52,926 nt of DNA from the NCBI GenBank assembly GCA_050749365.1, contig JBOGRG010000096.1, forward strand, positions 1 to 52,926. Reading direction: 5' to 3'. The notes below the pieces were generated by a model. The model had not been told where the DNA came from. It ran no database searches and saw only the letters and a list, made by a program, of their open reading frames with translations. Both the position numbers and the translations under genes were made by a program. Shown in pieces: positions 1-8,628 of this stretch (its first letter is position 1; every line of letters starts with the position of its first letter). The DNA comes from Nitrosopumilaceae archaeon (lineage in GTDB: Archaea; Thermoproteota; Nitrososphaeria; Nitrososphaerales; Nitrosopumilaceae).

Positions 1-1259
1 CTGACCTCATTTGATCGTAAAAAATCATGAATCTCGCCAAAGCTTGATTCATCGCATACTTCGGCATGTACTGTTATGATATCGCTGCCAGCTTCGATGT
101 AATCTCGAACATGTTTTACAGGCTCGCTTATCATAAGATGTGCGTCAAATGGAATCTGTGTGACTGGTCTTAGCTCCTTTATCTTTGTATGATCAAATGT
201 CTTGTTTGGAACAAACAGGCCGTCCATTACATCCAGATGAATAAAGTCAGCCCTGCCATGAGCTGCTCTTTTTATCTCGTTTTCCAGGTTTGCCATGTCT
301 CCTGCAATTATAGAGGGTGCGATAAGGAACTGGCAGTCAAGCTCAAGATCAATTATTGGAGCAATCTTTGGGTTTGGTGCAACGCCGTGCCACTTGGGGT
401 TGTCTTCCATATGCTCTACAGATTTTCCCTTGACTGTTCTAGATACAATTATTGAAGGAGTTCCCTTTGTCTGCTGAGCTGACCTGATTGCTTTAATTAT
501 CTGCTCAATTCTATGACCGTCAATTTCTAAAACATTCCATCCAAAGGATCTCCATTTATCGCCTGTCTTCCATCTTGAAGCATCCTTCCACATTTCTGCT
601 ATATCATCACTTGTAAGCTCTTCATCAAGCGGCATCACTCTTTCGGTATAATCGTCTTGCTGGATGAAATTTCGATCAAGAAATACTGTAAGGTTATCAA
701 GTTTGTATTTTGATGCAGCCATTGCTGCTTCCCAGACTTGGCCCTCATCTGATTCCCCATCGCCTATTATGGTATAGATTCGGTGTGTCTTTGCATCAAT
801 TCTTGCAGCAAGAGCCATTCCTATAGAAAATGAGAGTCCTATCCCAAGCGAGCCTCCACAAAACTCCACACCTGGACACTTGTAATCAGGATGGCCTTGC
901 AGTCTGCTCTCAAATTTTCTCAGAGTCTCAATTTCTGATTTGTCAAAGTATCCAGCAACTGCAAGGTTTGAAAAAAGTCCAGGAGACGCATGTCCCTTTG
1001 ATAAAACCAGTCTATCGCGGTCTTCCCAGAGAGGATTCTTTGGGTCATATCTTAGGAACTTGAACAAGATACAGCCCATAATTTCTGCCATGGAAAATGA
1101 GCCACCTGGATGACCAGAGCCTGCAGTTGTAGTTCCTTTTATGACAAGCTTGCGTGCCTCTCTAACTTTTTTGAATATATGATAATAATTCAGGCCCATG
1201 TCTTTTCCAAAATCTGAAATTTGAGAATATTCAAACGCATATTCATGATTTGTAGCCAT
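1..1259 (-). CDS. Transketolase N-terminal (TPP-binding) half fused in frame to ribulose-phosphate 3-epimerase; the 3' end runs off the window
   Basis: Manual translation from ATG 1259..1257 gives MATNHEY..TTAGSGHPGGSFSMAEI..LSKGHASPG..GSLGIGLSFSIGMA..IIGDGESDEGQVWEAA..NPKWHGVAPNPK. It continues without a stop into LIAPSIIAGDMANLENEIKRAAHGRADFIHLDVMDGLFVPN..FDAHLMISEP..IITVHAEV, which is an Rpe signature. The ORF track lists no closed minus-strand ORF here, consistent with a frame open to position 1. Confidence 0.8.
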   Translation of the reverse strand, partial: MATNHEYAFEYSQISDFGKDMGLNYYHIFKKVREARKLVIKGTTTAGSGHPGGSFSMAEIMGCILFKFLRYDPKNPLWEDRDRLVLSKGHASPGLFSNLAVAGYFDKSEIETLRKFESRLQGHPDYKCPGVEFCGGSLGIGLSFSIGMALAARIDAKTHRIYTIIGDGESDEGQVWEAAMAASKYKLDNLTVFLDRNFIQQDDYTERVMPLDEELTSDDIAEMWKDASRWKTGDKWRSFGWNVLEIDGHRIEQIIKAIRSAQQTKGTPSIIVSRTVKGKSVEHMEDNPKWHGVAPNPKIAPIIDLELDCQFLIAPSIIAGDMANLENEIKRAAHGRADFIHLDVMDGLFVPNKTFDHTKIKELRPVTQIPFDAHLMISEPVKHVRDYIEAGSDIITVHAEVCDESSFGEIHDFLRSNEV

Positions 1260-1318
1260 GTGGAGTAAATAAAAAGTTATTTCAGAAAATTTTAATTTGA
1301 CAGACTATATCAAAATGC

Positions 1319-1705
1319 ATGGACCTGCAGAGTGTTGTGCCTATTATGATATATGACGACAAGTGCTATCTTTGTTCCAAGTTTGCAAAGATTGTTAGCT
1401 TGTTTGCAAAAAATAAAATATTGATTGTTGGTCATTACACAGATTTTGGTATGAAGCTAAAAGCCGAGATCTTTTCTGATAATTATGATTCAACTAGGAT
1501 GTTCTGGTTTATTGATGGCAAGACTGCATATGGCGGAAGGGCAGCACTCCTTCCTTTAATATCAGCCATACTAGGCTCTAAAACCAGACCATCTATTCAG
1601 TATGACATACAAGCATCATGTGATGCATCATGCAAAACACCAAAAGCTGTATTTCTTAGAACAAAAAGTCTCTTTTCAAACAGCGAAAAAATCAAGCTAA
1701 ATTAG
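1319..1705 (+). CDS. DCC-family thiol-disulfide oxidoreductase (DUF393-like)
   Basis: 128 aa. The N-terminal IMIYDDKCYLCSKFA matches the D-x-x-C-x-x-C DCC motif. It is divergent from the tkt-rpe gene across an AT-rich promoter region. Confidence 0.55.
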   Translation: MDLQSVVPIMIYDDKCYLCSKFAKIVSLFAKNKILIVGHYTDFGMKLKAEIFSDNYDSTRMFWFIDGKTAYGGRAALLPLISAILGSKTRPSIQYDIQASCDASCKTPKAVFLRTKSLFSNSEKIKLN

Positions 1706-1968
1706 ATTGTAATCTTGTTTTAATTTTCATTTTTTTGCTAGTTTTTTGTACAATTCTTTTCTTTCTTTTAGCAATTCTTCTGCTACGTCCTCGACTTTAG
1801 TCTTCTCTTTTTCTCGTATAGATTTTTGCATGATCGTTATCTAATGTTTTCATGTGCCCATCTTCTAATATCCTTTTCCAAGATTTTACCTGAAGCCAAA
1901 TCAATACCAATTTTTAGCATTTGTTATGCCGTGAGCATGATCAGTCTTGTTTTAACAATACGTTATGT

Positions 1969-4470
1969 TTATGAAAATTCTTTTCTTGTTCTTTCCAGAA
2001 ATTTTGAATAGATCCTGATTCTCTCAAGCGTCTGGGCAAGCTTCATCTCAGTTCCAGGAGTAGGATTTTGTTTAAAGAAGCGCTTTATCTCTGGTTCTTT
2101 TTTGCGGTCATAGACTACAGATAAACTGCCTATCACTCTGTTTATGAGAGGACTAGCTGTTCCAAACTTTTTGATTATTTGTCTCCAGTTATTTTTTACC
2201 CATGGCCATACAAGTTTTCTACCATATGGATTACCTGCCACCCTCATAATTGACATATGCAAGTTCTGTGAGCGCACTTCCTTTGAGAGTGCAAACTTGA
2301 GTGATCTTGCAAGTAATTTCTCGTCTTTGAAACTAGATAAGGCGCCAAGGAATCTAATCTTCTCTTCTTGCATCGGGGCTTTTCTGTAAAGCTTTGTAAG
2401 CAGATCATATGTTTTTTTATTTCCACTCCAAGCTACAAGGGAATATACTGTACCACGTAGATCAGGCCTGAGTGAATCAGGCTTTTTCAAAAATTCATTG
2501 AATCGTCGCTTTGCTTCTTCAATTATTTCTTCATCATCTAGTCTGCCAAGTGATCCTATTACCAGACTTCTAAGCAGTGCGGTGGTATGCTTTTCTCCCT
2601 CTTGTGGTTCCCAGCCAAGCCTGTCAAAGAGCCTTCTGAAAAATTCCTTGTTGTATTCTTTTATCTCATCCCAGAAGCTTTCTCCTGATGTTATCAAATA
2701 AAGAAAGTCAAGGCTTCCAGCTAAATCAGCAGAGACAAGATAATCATCGTCGTCAAAATATGACCTTGCAAAATCAAGAAATCTCTTTAGCGCAATTTGA
2801 CCTGAAATGCATAAGGCAAAAAGGTCATGTTGTATGCCCCAACGATCAACGTTGTTCAGTGTTTTTTCTTCTACAAGTTCTGTGAGTCTTGCTAGTGCAT
2901 CATCATTATACTTTACCCTGTAGAGGCCTTTCTGACCTGAGTTTATCTTGAACCAATCAGTTGTATCATCCAATGAGATAGTATCAGCTTGTTTTGTCAT
3001 CAGCTTGGAGACAAGCTTGTCTTGTGTCTGTACAGAAATTGGTATTATCCAAGTTCCTTTGTAATATTTGCCATCGTTTTCAGCCAGATACCTCCTTTGT
3101 GTAACGGATATCTTAGAATCACTAAGACTCGCTTCAACCAGAGGATAACCCACCTGTCTTACCCAAGTATTCATCATCTTTCTCACTGGCTTTTTTGAGA
3201 CATGTTCTAGTGAGTCCCAGAGGTCTTCAGTTGTGGCGTTGCCATACTTGTGCTTGATAAGATAGTTTTTGAGTCCTTTACGGAAATTCTCTTCTCCCAA
3301 AAAGTCTTCAAGCATTCTAAGTACAGATCCTCCCTTGCTGTAGCTGATCTCATCAAAAATCTGTCTGACTTCAGCTGGGTTGTTTACCTTGACATCAATT
3401 GGATGTGATGTCTTTAGTGCGTCAAGGCTCATGGCTGCACTAGTGCTTGCTTTTAGAAATTGGTCCCACAAATCCCACTCCGGATAATAGCTGTGTACTG
3501 CTTTTGTGGCCATAAAAGTTGCAAAGCTCTCGTTTAGCCATAGATCGTTCCACCACTTCATTGTTACAAGATTGCCAAACCACTGATGTGCAATCTCGTG
3601 TGAGATTACCTCCGCAATGTGCTGCTTTGTTTCAGTTGATGATGTCTTTGGATCATACAACAAGATTGGTTCCCTAAATGTTATTGCGCCCCAGTTTTCC
3701 ATGGCTCCTGACGCAAAGTCTGGAACTGCAATCATGTCTAGCTTGGGAAGCGGATATGGGATTTTGAAGTAATTCTCATACCACTTTAGAAATTGCTTTG
3801 TAAATTGCAGTGATAGTTTGCCTAGAGTTTTCTTGCCTTTGGTTGTAACAATCCTAATCAGTGTTTTTCCAAGCTTGCCCTGTAAGAATTCAAACTCTCC
3901 TACTCCTAGATATAGCAAATAAGTTGACATGACAGGAGTACGGCCAAACTTGAAGAGTATTTTTTTGCTAATCTTTTTCTTTGATATGACTGGCATGTTT
4001 GATATGGCAGTAAGGTTGTTTTCCGTAATTACTGAGACATCAAAGGTTGCCTTGGCTTCAGGCTCATCCCAGCAAGGGAACGCGCGTCTTGCGTCAGCAG
4101 CCTCAAACTGAGTGGTTGCCAATAATTTCTTTTTGCCTTGCTTGTCCTTGTACTCGCTTCTGTAAAATCCTACAAGCTTGTCATTTAGAATTCCTACAAA
4201 ATCTATGAAAAGAAGAGCCTTGCCTTTGACTTTTTTTGATATCTTGACTGTCAGCTCTTCTTTTTTTTCGTCTAGCTTTACTGTGGCTTTGAGTGTTCTT
4301 CCGTTCGAAACCACATGACATTCTTTTATCTTAATTTCAGCTGCGTTAAGAACAAACGTGTTTGTAGGCTTGGCTGCTTCAAGCGATATCTTTTCGTTGC
4401 CTAAAAAGATGAATTTCTTGAAATCTGGCTCAAATACGATATCGTAGTTTGTTGGCAAGACTGGCTTCAT
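1969..4470 (-). CDS. M1-family zinc aminopeptidase (aminopeptidase N / tricorn-interacting-factor-like)
   Basis: 833 aa with the GAMENWG exopeptidase motif and HEIAHQWFGN..x18..WLNESFA (HExxH-E zinc site). Confidence 0.9.
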   Translation of the reverse strand: MKPVLPTNYDIVFEPDFKKFIFLGNEKISLEAAKPTNTFVLNAAEIKIKECHVVSNGRTLKATVKLDEKKEELTVKISKKVKGKALLFIDFVGILNDKLVGFYRSEYKDKQGKKKLLATTQFEAADARRAFPCWDEPEAKATFDVSVITENNLTAISNMPVISKKKISKKILFKFGRTPVMSTYLLYLGVGEFEFLQGKLGKTLIRIVTTKGKKTLGKLSLQFTKQFLKWYENYFKIPYPLPKLDMIAVPDFASGAMENWGAITFREPILLYDPKTSSTETKQHIAEVISHEIAHQWFGNLVTMKWWNDLWLNESFATFMATKAVHSYYPEWDLWDQFLKASTSAAMSLDALKTSHPIDVKVNNPAEVRQIFDEISYSKGGSVLRMLEDFLGEENFRKGLKNYLIKHKYGNATTEDLWDSLEHVSKKPVRKMMNTWVRQVGYPLVEASLSDSKISVTQRRYLAENDGKYYKGTWIIPISVQTQDKLVSKLMTKQADTISLDDTTDWFKINSGQKGLYRVKYNDDALARLTELVEEKTLNNVDRWGIQHDLFALCISGQIALKRFLDFARSYFDDDDYLVSADLAGSLDFLYLITSGESFWDEIKEYNKEFFRRLFDRLGWEPQEGEKHTTALLRSLVIGSLGRLDDEEIIEEAKRRFNEFLKKPDSLRPDLRGTVYSLVAWSGNKKTYDLLTKLYRKAPMQEEKIRFLGALSSFKDEKLLARSLKFALSKEVRSQNLHMSIMRVAGNPYGRKLVWPWVKNNWRQIIKKFGTASPLINRVIGSLSVVYDRKKEPEIKRFFKQNPTPGTEMKLAQTLERIRIYSKFLERTRKEFS

Positions 4471-4529
4471 GAAAATCTGTTTAATTTATTGGGTTAACTA
4501 AGTCTATCGCAGGTAGTTCGTTTCAATAG

Positions 4530-4658
4530 TTAATAGCCCCTGCTGTTTCTGTCAGGGGTAGAGTTGTTTGGATTCCTAAAGCCGTGCTTTTCCATCATGT
4601 GATTTAAAAATCTGGTATCATCAGAGAATTTCTCTCCACACACAGCACAGTTGTTCAT
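4530..4658 (-). CDS. 42-aa single classical C2H2 zinc-finger protein (below the ORF-track cutoff)
   Basis: Manual translation gives MNNCAVCGEKFSDDTRFLNHMMEKHGFRNPNNSTPDRNSRGY*. It fits C-x2-C-x3-F-x5-F-x2-H-x4-H exactly. An A/T-rich element (cctaaaaag) lies about 26 nt upstream of the ATG. Confidence 0.45.
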   Translation of the reverse strand: MNNCAVCGEKFSDDTRFLNHMMEKHGFRNPNNSTPDRNSRGY

Positions 4659-4711
4659 ATGTGATGTAATACATCGTCATCTTTTTAGGTTTTGTTGTAA
4701 TATAGAGTACA

Positions 4712-4969
4712 TTGCAAAAAAATCTTAGACTGTCCAAACTTTCATTTTCAATCACACCAAACCAAGAGGGATATCTTGTTGCATGCAATGAAATACCGTA
4801 TCTTTTTACTGATGCTGCAAAAGTAGAAGAAATAGATCAGAGAATACGCCAACTCGTATCAGAATACATGGAATACTTTCCAGATGATGCCATAAAACGC
4901 GGAGTGGACAGAGGCATTACTATTGAGGCAATATGGAAAGCTACACCAAACAGTGTGGCTCTGATTTAA
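4712..4969 (+). CDS. Hypothetical small protein, weakly HicB/UPF0150-like
   Basis: 85-aa ORF with a TTG start. The segment SFSITPNQEGYLVACNEIPYLFTDAAKVEEIDQRIRQLV resembles the HicB-like N-terminal fold pattern. The start codon is uncertain. Confidence 0.3.
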   Translation: MQKNLRLSKLSFSITPNQEGYLVACNEIPYLFTDAAKVEEIDQRIRQLVSEYMEYFPDDAIKRGVDRGITIEAIWKATPNSVALI

Positions 4970-4971
4970 AA

Positions 4972-5087
4972 GGTGCCAGCACTACTGCTTCCCAAGGGCT
5001 CTCGCACCTTAGTAACACAGTAGCGACATTGGGTTTGACTTCCGGGTTCGGTATGGGACCGGGTCGGACCCCAACGCTATGGCCGGC
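4972..5087 (-). rRNA. rrf: 5S ribosomal RNA, stand-alone
   Basis: The reverse complement reads GCCGGCCATAGCGTTGGGGTCCGACCCGGTCCCATACCGAACCCGGAAGTCAAACCCAATGTCGCTACTGTGTTACTAAGGTGCGAGAGCCCTTGGGAAGCAGTAGTGCTGGCACC. It has the conserved CCGAACCCGGAAGT core and the termini pair (GCCGGC/GCTGGC). It is a GC-rich island in AT-rich DNA. Confidence 0.9.
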
Positions 5088-5166
5088 TTGTGATCTATTT
5101 CTCCAACCTTCTGTATTAAGCTTCCTTGAATCAGAGGTATAAATTAAAGAATCAAGTTGTAACCTT

Positions 5167-6951
5167 ATGACTCATCGAGTTGCAGTACTGGATAAGGAGC
5201 TCTGCCAACCAAAAAAGTGTGGTCTTGAGTGCATCAAGTACTGTCCAGTAAACAAGTCCGGTGCAGACTGCATAGTACTAAATGAAGAGATCAAAAAAGC
5301 GCAAATTGATGAGAATCTATGCAACGGTTGTGGCATCTGTGTAAAGGTATGTCCCTTTGAAGCAATAACGATAGTAAATCTAGCGCAGGAGCTTAGTACA
5401 GAAAAGATTCACCAGTATGGAATAAACTCCTTTAGACTATACAAGATTCCTACACCAAAAAAAGGTCATGTGATGGGACTGCTTGGCAGAAATGGAATGG
5501 GAAAAACTACAATCATTAGTATTTTGTCTGGAAACCTAAAACCAAATCTTGGAAACTACGCATCACCACCAGAATGGAGTGACATCTTAAAGAATTTCCA
5601 AGGGACCGAATTAAAATCACATTTTGAAAAAATTGCAAATGGGCAGCTTAGGGTTTCAATAAAACCACAACAAGTATACAACCTAACAAAGGTCTTTGAT
5701 GGAACTGCAAAGGAGCTTTTAGAAAAGTATGACGAGCGAAATGTCATGCCAGAACTTGTAAGAGAACTAGGACTACAAAATTCGATGGAGAACAAGCTTA
5801 ACGAACTCAGTGGTGGTGAGCTGCAAAGACTTGCTGTTGCAGTTGCTGCATCAAAAGACTCGGACTTTTATTTTTTTGACGAACCTTCCTCGTATAATGA
5901 TGTATTTCAGCGAATAGGCGTAGCAAGGGTAATTCAGGGCCTTGCCAAACTAGAAAAAAGTGTAATTGTAGTTGAACATGACTTAACAGTCTTAGACTAT
6001 CTCAGCGATTTTATTGAGGTAGTGTATGGCGAACCCGCTGCATATGGCATTGTTGCAGGAGTTCTGTCTACAAAAGTTGGAATCAATGTCTTTTTGGATG
6101 GCTATCTACCAAATGAAAACGTAAGATTCAGAGATACTGCGTTTAAATTTGATGCATCAACCTCTGCAGATGAGTTTGTGATGACAGAAAATGTCATAGA
6201 ATATCCTGCCTTACAAAAAAGATACCCTGCCTTTTCTGTCTCAATCGATGCTGGCAAAGTAAGAAAAAATGAAGTGCTTGGAATTGTTGGTGCAAATGCA
6301 TTAGGAAAGACAACTATGATGAAGATGATTGCAGGTGTTGAAAAGCCAGATTCTGGCAAGCTTGAAACCAAAGTCAAGATAGCATACAAGCCGCAGTATC
6401 TGACAAATGATTATGATGTAGAAGTGATTTCGGTTTTAGAAAAGGCCAATGGCGGAGGAATAGAAGGTACTCCAGAAGAAGATCAGGTCATAAATCCATT
6501 GAAGATAAAAAAACTCTACAACAAATCAGTCAAGAATTTGTCTGGAGGAGAACTGCAAAAGGTTGCTGTTGTTGCATGTCTTTTGCAAAAAGTAGACCTA
6601 TACGCACTAGATGAACCATCAGCATTTTTAGATGTAGAAGACAGAATTGCAGTTGCAAAGTTGATTCAAAGATTTGTCCGTTCTTACGGTAAATCTGCAA
6701 TCATAATAGATCACGACATACAACTTATGGATTTGATCTCTGATTCACTAGTAATTTTTGAGGGAACTCCTGGAAAGGAAGGCCGTGCCACATCTTCCTT
6801 ATCAAAAGCTGAGGGCATGAACAGATTTTTGAAATCTCTTGATATCACATACAGACGAGATGAGACAAGCCTAAGACCAAGAGTAAACAAGACCGATAGC
6901 AGGCTTGACAGAGAACAAAAACAGTCAGGTCACTTTTACTACAGAAATTGA
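5167..6951 (+). CDS. ABCE1: ABCE1 / RNase L inhibitor-type ribosome-recycling ATPase
   Basis: 594 aa. The N-terminus has two Fe-S motifs (CIKYCPVN.., CNGCGICVKVCP). Two ABC cassettes follow (GRNGMGKTT, LSGGELQR; GANALGKTT, LSGGELQK). Confidence 0.95.
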   Translation: MTHRVAVLDKELCQPKKCGLECIKYCPVNKSGADCIVLNEEIKKAQIDENLCNGCGICVKVCPFEAITIVNLAQELSTEKIHQYGINSFRLYKIPTPKKGHVMGLLGRNGMGKTTIISILSGNLKPNLGNYASPPEWSDILKNFQGTELKSHFEKIANGQLRVSIKPQQVYNLTKVFDGTAKELLEKYDERNVMPELVRELGLQNSMENKLNELSGGELQRLAVAVAASKDSDFYFFDEPSSYNDVFQRIGVARVIQGLAKLEKSVIVVEHDLTVLDYLSDFIEVVYGEPAAYGIVAGVLSTKVGINVFLDGYLPNENVRFRDTAFKFDASTSADEFVMTENVIEYPALQKRYPAFSVSIDAGKVRKNEVLGIVGANALGKTTMMKMIAGVEKPDSGKLETKVKIAYKPQYLTNDYDVEVISVLEKANGGGIEGTPEEDQVINPLKIKKLYNKSVKNLSGGELQKVAVVACLLQKVDLYALDEPSAFLDVEDRIAVAKLIQRFVRSYGKSAIIIDHDIQLMDLISDSLVIFEGTPGKEGRATSSLSKAEGMNRFLKSLDITYRRDETSLRPRVNKTDSRLDREQKQSGHFYYRN

Positions 6952-6956
6952 CACGG

Positions 6957-7784
6957 ATGCTAAAAGAAGCAGTTGCAGGAATACTGTCAGAAAAAGAGAT
7001 TCAAGATCTGTATGGAGCATTTGATCAAATTGGCAGTATCATAATTCTTAGAATACCTGATTCTCTTGTACCAAAGAAAAAAGCAATTGGAGAAATTCTC
7101 TTGCAAAAAGTAAAGACTGCAAAATCCGTCTTCTACCAATCCTCTCCGGTGACGGGAGACTACAGAACACGTGATTTGGAGCTGCTTGCAGGTGAAGATA
7201 CAACTGAAGCAGAATACAAAGAATATGGATGCAGGTTTAGAGTTGATGTACAAAAGGCATTTTTTTCTCCAAGACTTTCCACGGAACGAGACAGAATTGC
7301 AAATCTGATTTCTGATGGTGAGACAGTTATCAACATGTTCGGTGGGGTGGGAATGTTTTCTATCATAGCTGCAAAGAAAAAAAAGTGTACAGTTTACAAC
7401 ATCGACATTAATCCTTATGCTGCAAAGCTTTGCGAGCAAAACATAAAGCTAAACAAGCTGGCAGGAAAGGTTGAATCCATAAGTGGGGATGCTGCAAAAA
7501 TTATAGACGAGAGATTTATAGAAAAAGGTGACAGAGTCCTAATGCTTTTGCCTGAGAGATCTGATGAGTTTTTAGATTCTGCCATAAAGGCTTGTAAAAA
7601 AAATGGCACAATTCATTATTACTGTCATGTACATGCGGATAAAAAAAGTGAGGTTGCCAAGCTTGCCAAGGAACATTTTCTGCAAGTAATGAAGGTAAAA
7701 TCGAAGGTTTTTGGCTCTAAAATAGTCAGACCTGTAGGACCAAGATTTTATCAAGCGGTTGTAGATGCAAAGATATCAAAATAG
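6957..7784 (+). CDS. trm5: Trm5/Taw-type (Met-10+ like) SAM-dependent tRNA methyltransferase
   Basis: FSPRLSTERDRI plus the SAM motif VINMFGGVGMFSI. I prefer ATG 6957 over the track's TTG 6948, which overlaps the ABCE1 stop. Confidence 0.7.
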   Translation: MLKEAVAGILSEKEIQDLYGAFDQIGSIIILRIPDSLVPKKKAIGEILLQKVKTAKSVFYQSSPVTGDYRTRDLELLAGEDTTEAEYKEYGCRFRVDVQKAFFSPRLSTERDRIANLISDGETVINMFGGVGMFSIIAAKKKKCTVYNIDINPYAAKLCEQNIKLNKLAGKVESISGDAAKIIDERFIEKGDRVLMLLPERSDEFLDSAIKACKKNGTIHYYCHVHADKKSEVAKLAKEHFLQVMKVKSKVFGSKIVRPVGPRFYQAVVDAKISK

Positions 7785-8012
7785 CTACTTTTTGTCATCA
7801 GATACTACAGACGAGGACGAAGATGATTTTGACGTAGCCATGTTGTATCCAATCCAGGATATCACTCCGAGTATACCTCCAACTGCCATCAGTATTGAAA
7901 GCTGCATTACAATAGGACTCCATTCAGAAAGCATCAAAAGATATGCATAGACAAAAAACCCGACAATGCATAAAATGAAAATCGTAATTCCCAAGCTGCG
8001 TTGTCTAGTCAT
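7785..8012 (-). CDS. Small membrane protein with a Ser/acidic tail
   Basis: 75 aa with two predicted TM helices and a C-terminal SKSSSSSSVVSDDKK. No family recognised. Confidence 0.35.
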   Translation of the reverse strand: MTRQRSLGITIFILCIVGFFVYAYLLMLSEWSPIVMQLSILMAVGGILGVISWIGYNMATSKSSSSSSVVSDDKK

Positions 8013-8046
8013 AGCGCTAGTCTTTTTGAGAGTTATTTATTTGAAT

Positions 8047-8571
8047 CTAGTAAGAGAACTCGATTGCCATCAAGTAAGCGTCTTCGCCGTCACGATAGTA
8101 TGCTTTTAGTCTCTGCTTTATGATAAATCCAATTTTTTCATAAAGCCTTACTGCGTCATTATTGCTACACCTGACTTCAAGATAAAGCTCGTCTGCTTTT
8201 TTTGATTTGATTCCAGCAATTGCTTCTTCTACAAGAACTCTTCCAATGCCTTTTTTTCTGTGCTCTTCTAGTACAGCTACAGAAACAACATGTCCTTTTT
8301 TGACAAAGCCGAGCTTCTTAAAATTTGAAAATCCGTACTCTATCTTGCACATGATATATCCAACAAGTTTTCCTCCAATTTCTGCAACAATAAATGACTC
8401 TGGTAGCTCTGCAAGCAAGCTTTCATAAAAATAATCAGAATAGTGTTCAGGAAGTGTTTTCATGTTTATTTCCATAACTGAAATGATGTCACTTAGATCA
8501 CACCTTCTGATTATGCAGTCTCCGATCTCTCTGAGCGCTACTTGCAATTCAAAATGATCTGGTAATGGCAA
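8047..8571 (-). CDS. GNAT N-acetyltransferase (RimI/Ard1-type N-terminal acetyltransferase)
   Basis: 174 aa. LEEHRKKGIGRVLVEEAI is the acetyl-CoA binding Q/RxxGxG/A motif. The size is typical of archaeal Ard1/RimI. Confidence 0.75.
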   Translation of the reverse strand: MPLPDHFELQVALREIGDCIIRRCDLSDIISVMEINMKTLPEHYSDYFYESLLAELPESFIVAEIGGKLVGYIMCKIEYGFSNFKKLGFVKKGHVVSVAVLEEHRKKGIGRVLVEEAIAGIKSKKADELYLEVRCSNNDAVRLYEKIGFIIKQRLKAYYRDGEDAYLMAIEFSY

Positions 8572-8628
8572 TTATTTAACTTTAAGCAAGTAAAACAATT
8601 AATTTACAGAAAAATTAAGTCATGACTA

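Noticed and set aside
1706-1968. Several tiny minus-strand ORFs: 34 aa MQKSIREKEKTKVEDVAEELLKERKELYKKLAKK at 1727-1831, 27 aa MLKIGIDLASGKILEKDIRRWAHENIR, and one of 18 aa
   Set aside because: They are in different frames, Lys/Glu-rich as expected from A-rich DNA, and have no motif and no clear TATA spacing. They could be remnants of a decayed gene, but I cannot support that.
4933-5142. 69-aa plus-strand ORF in the track
   Set aside because: It is the antisense shadow of the 5S rRNA gene (GC-rich RNA sequence), so it is not a coding region.
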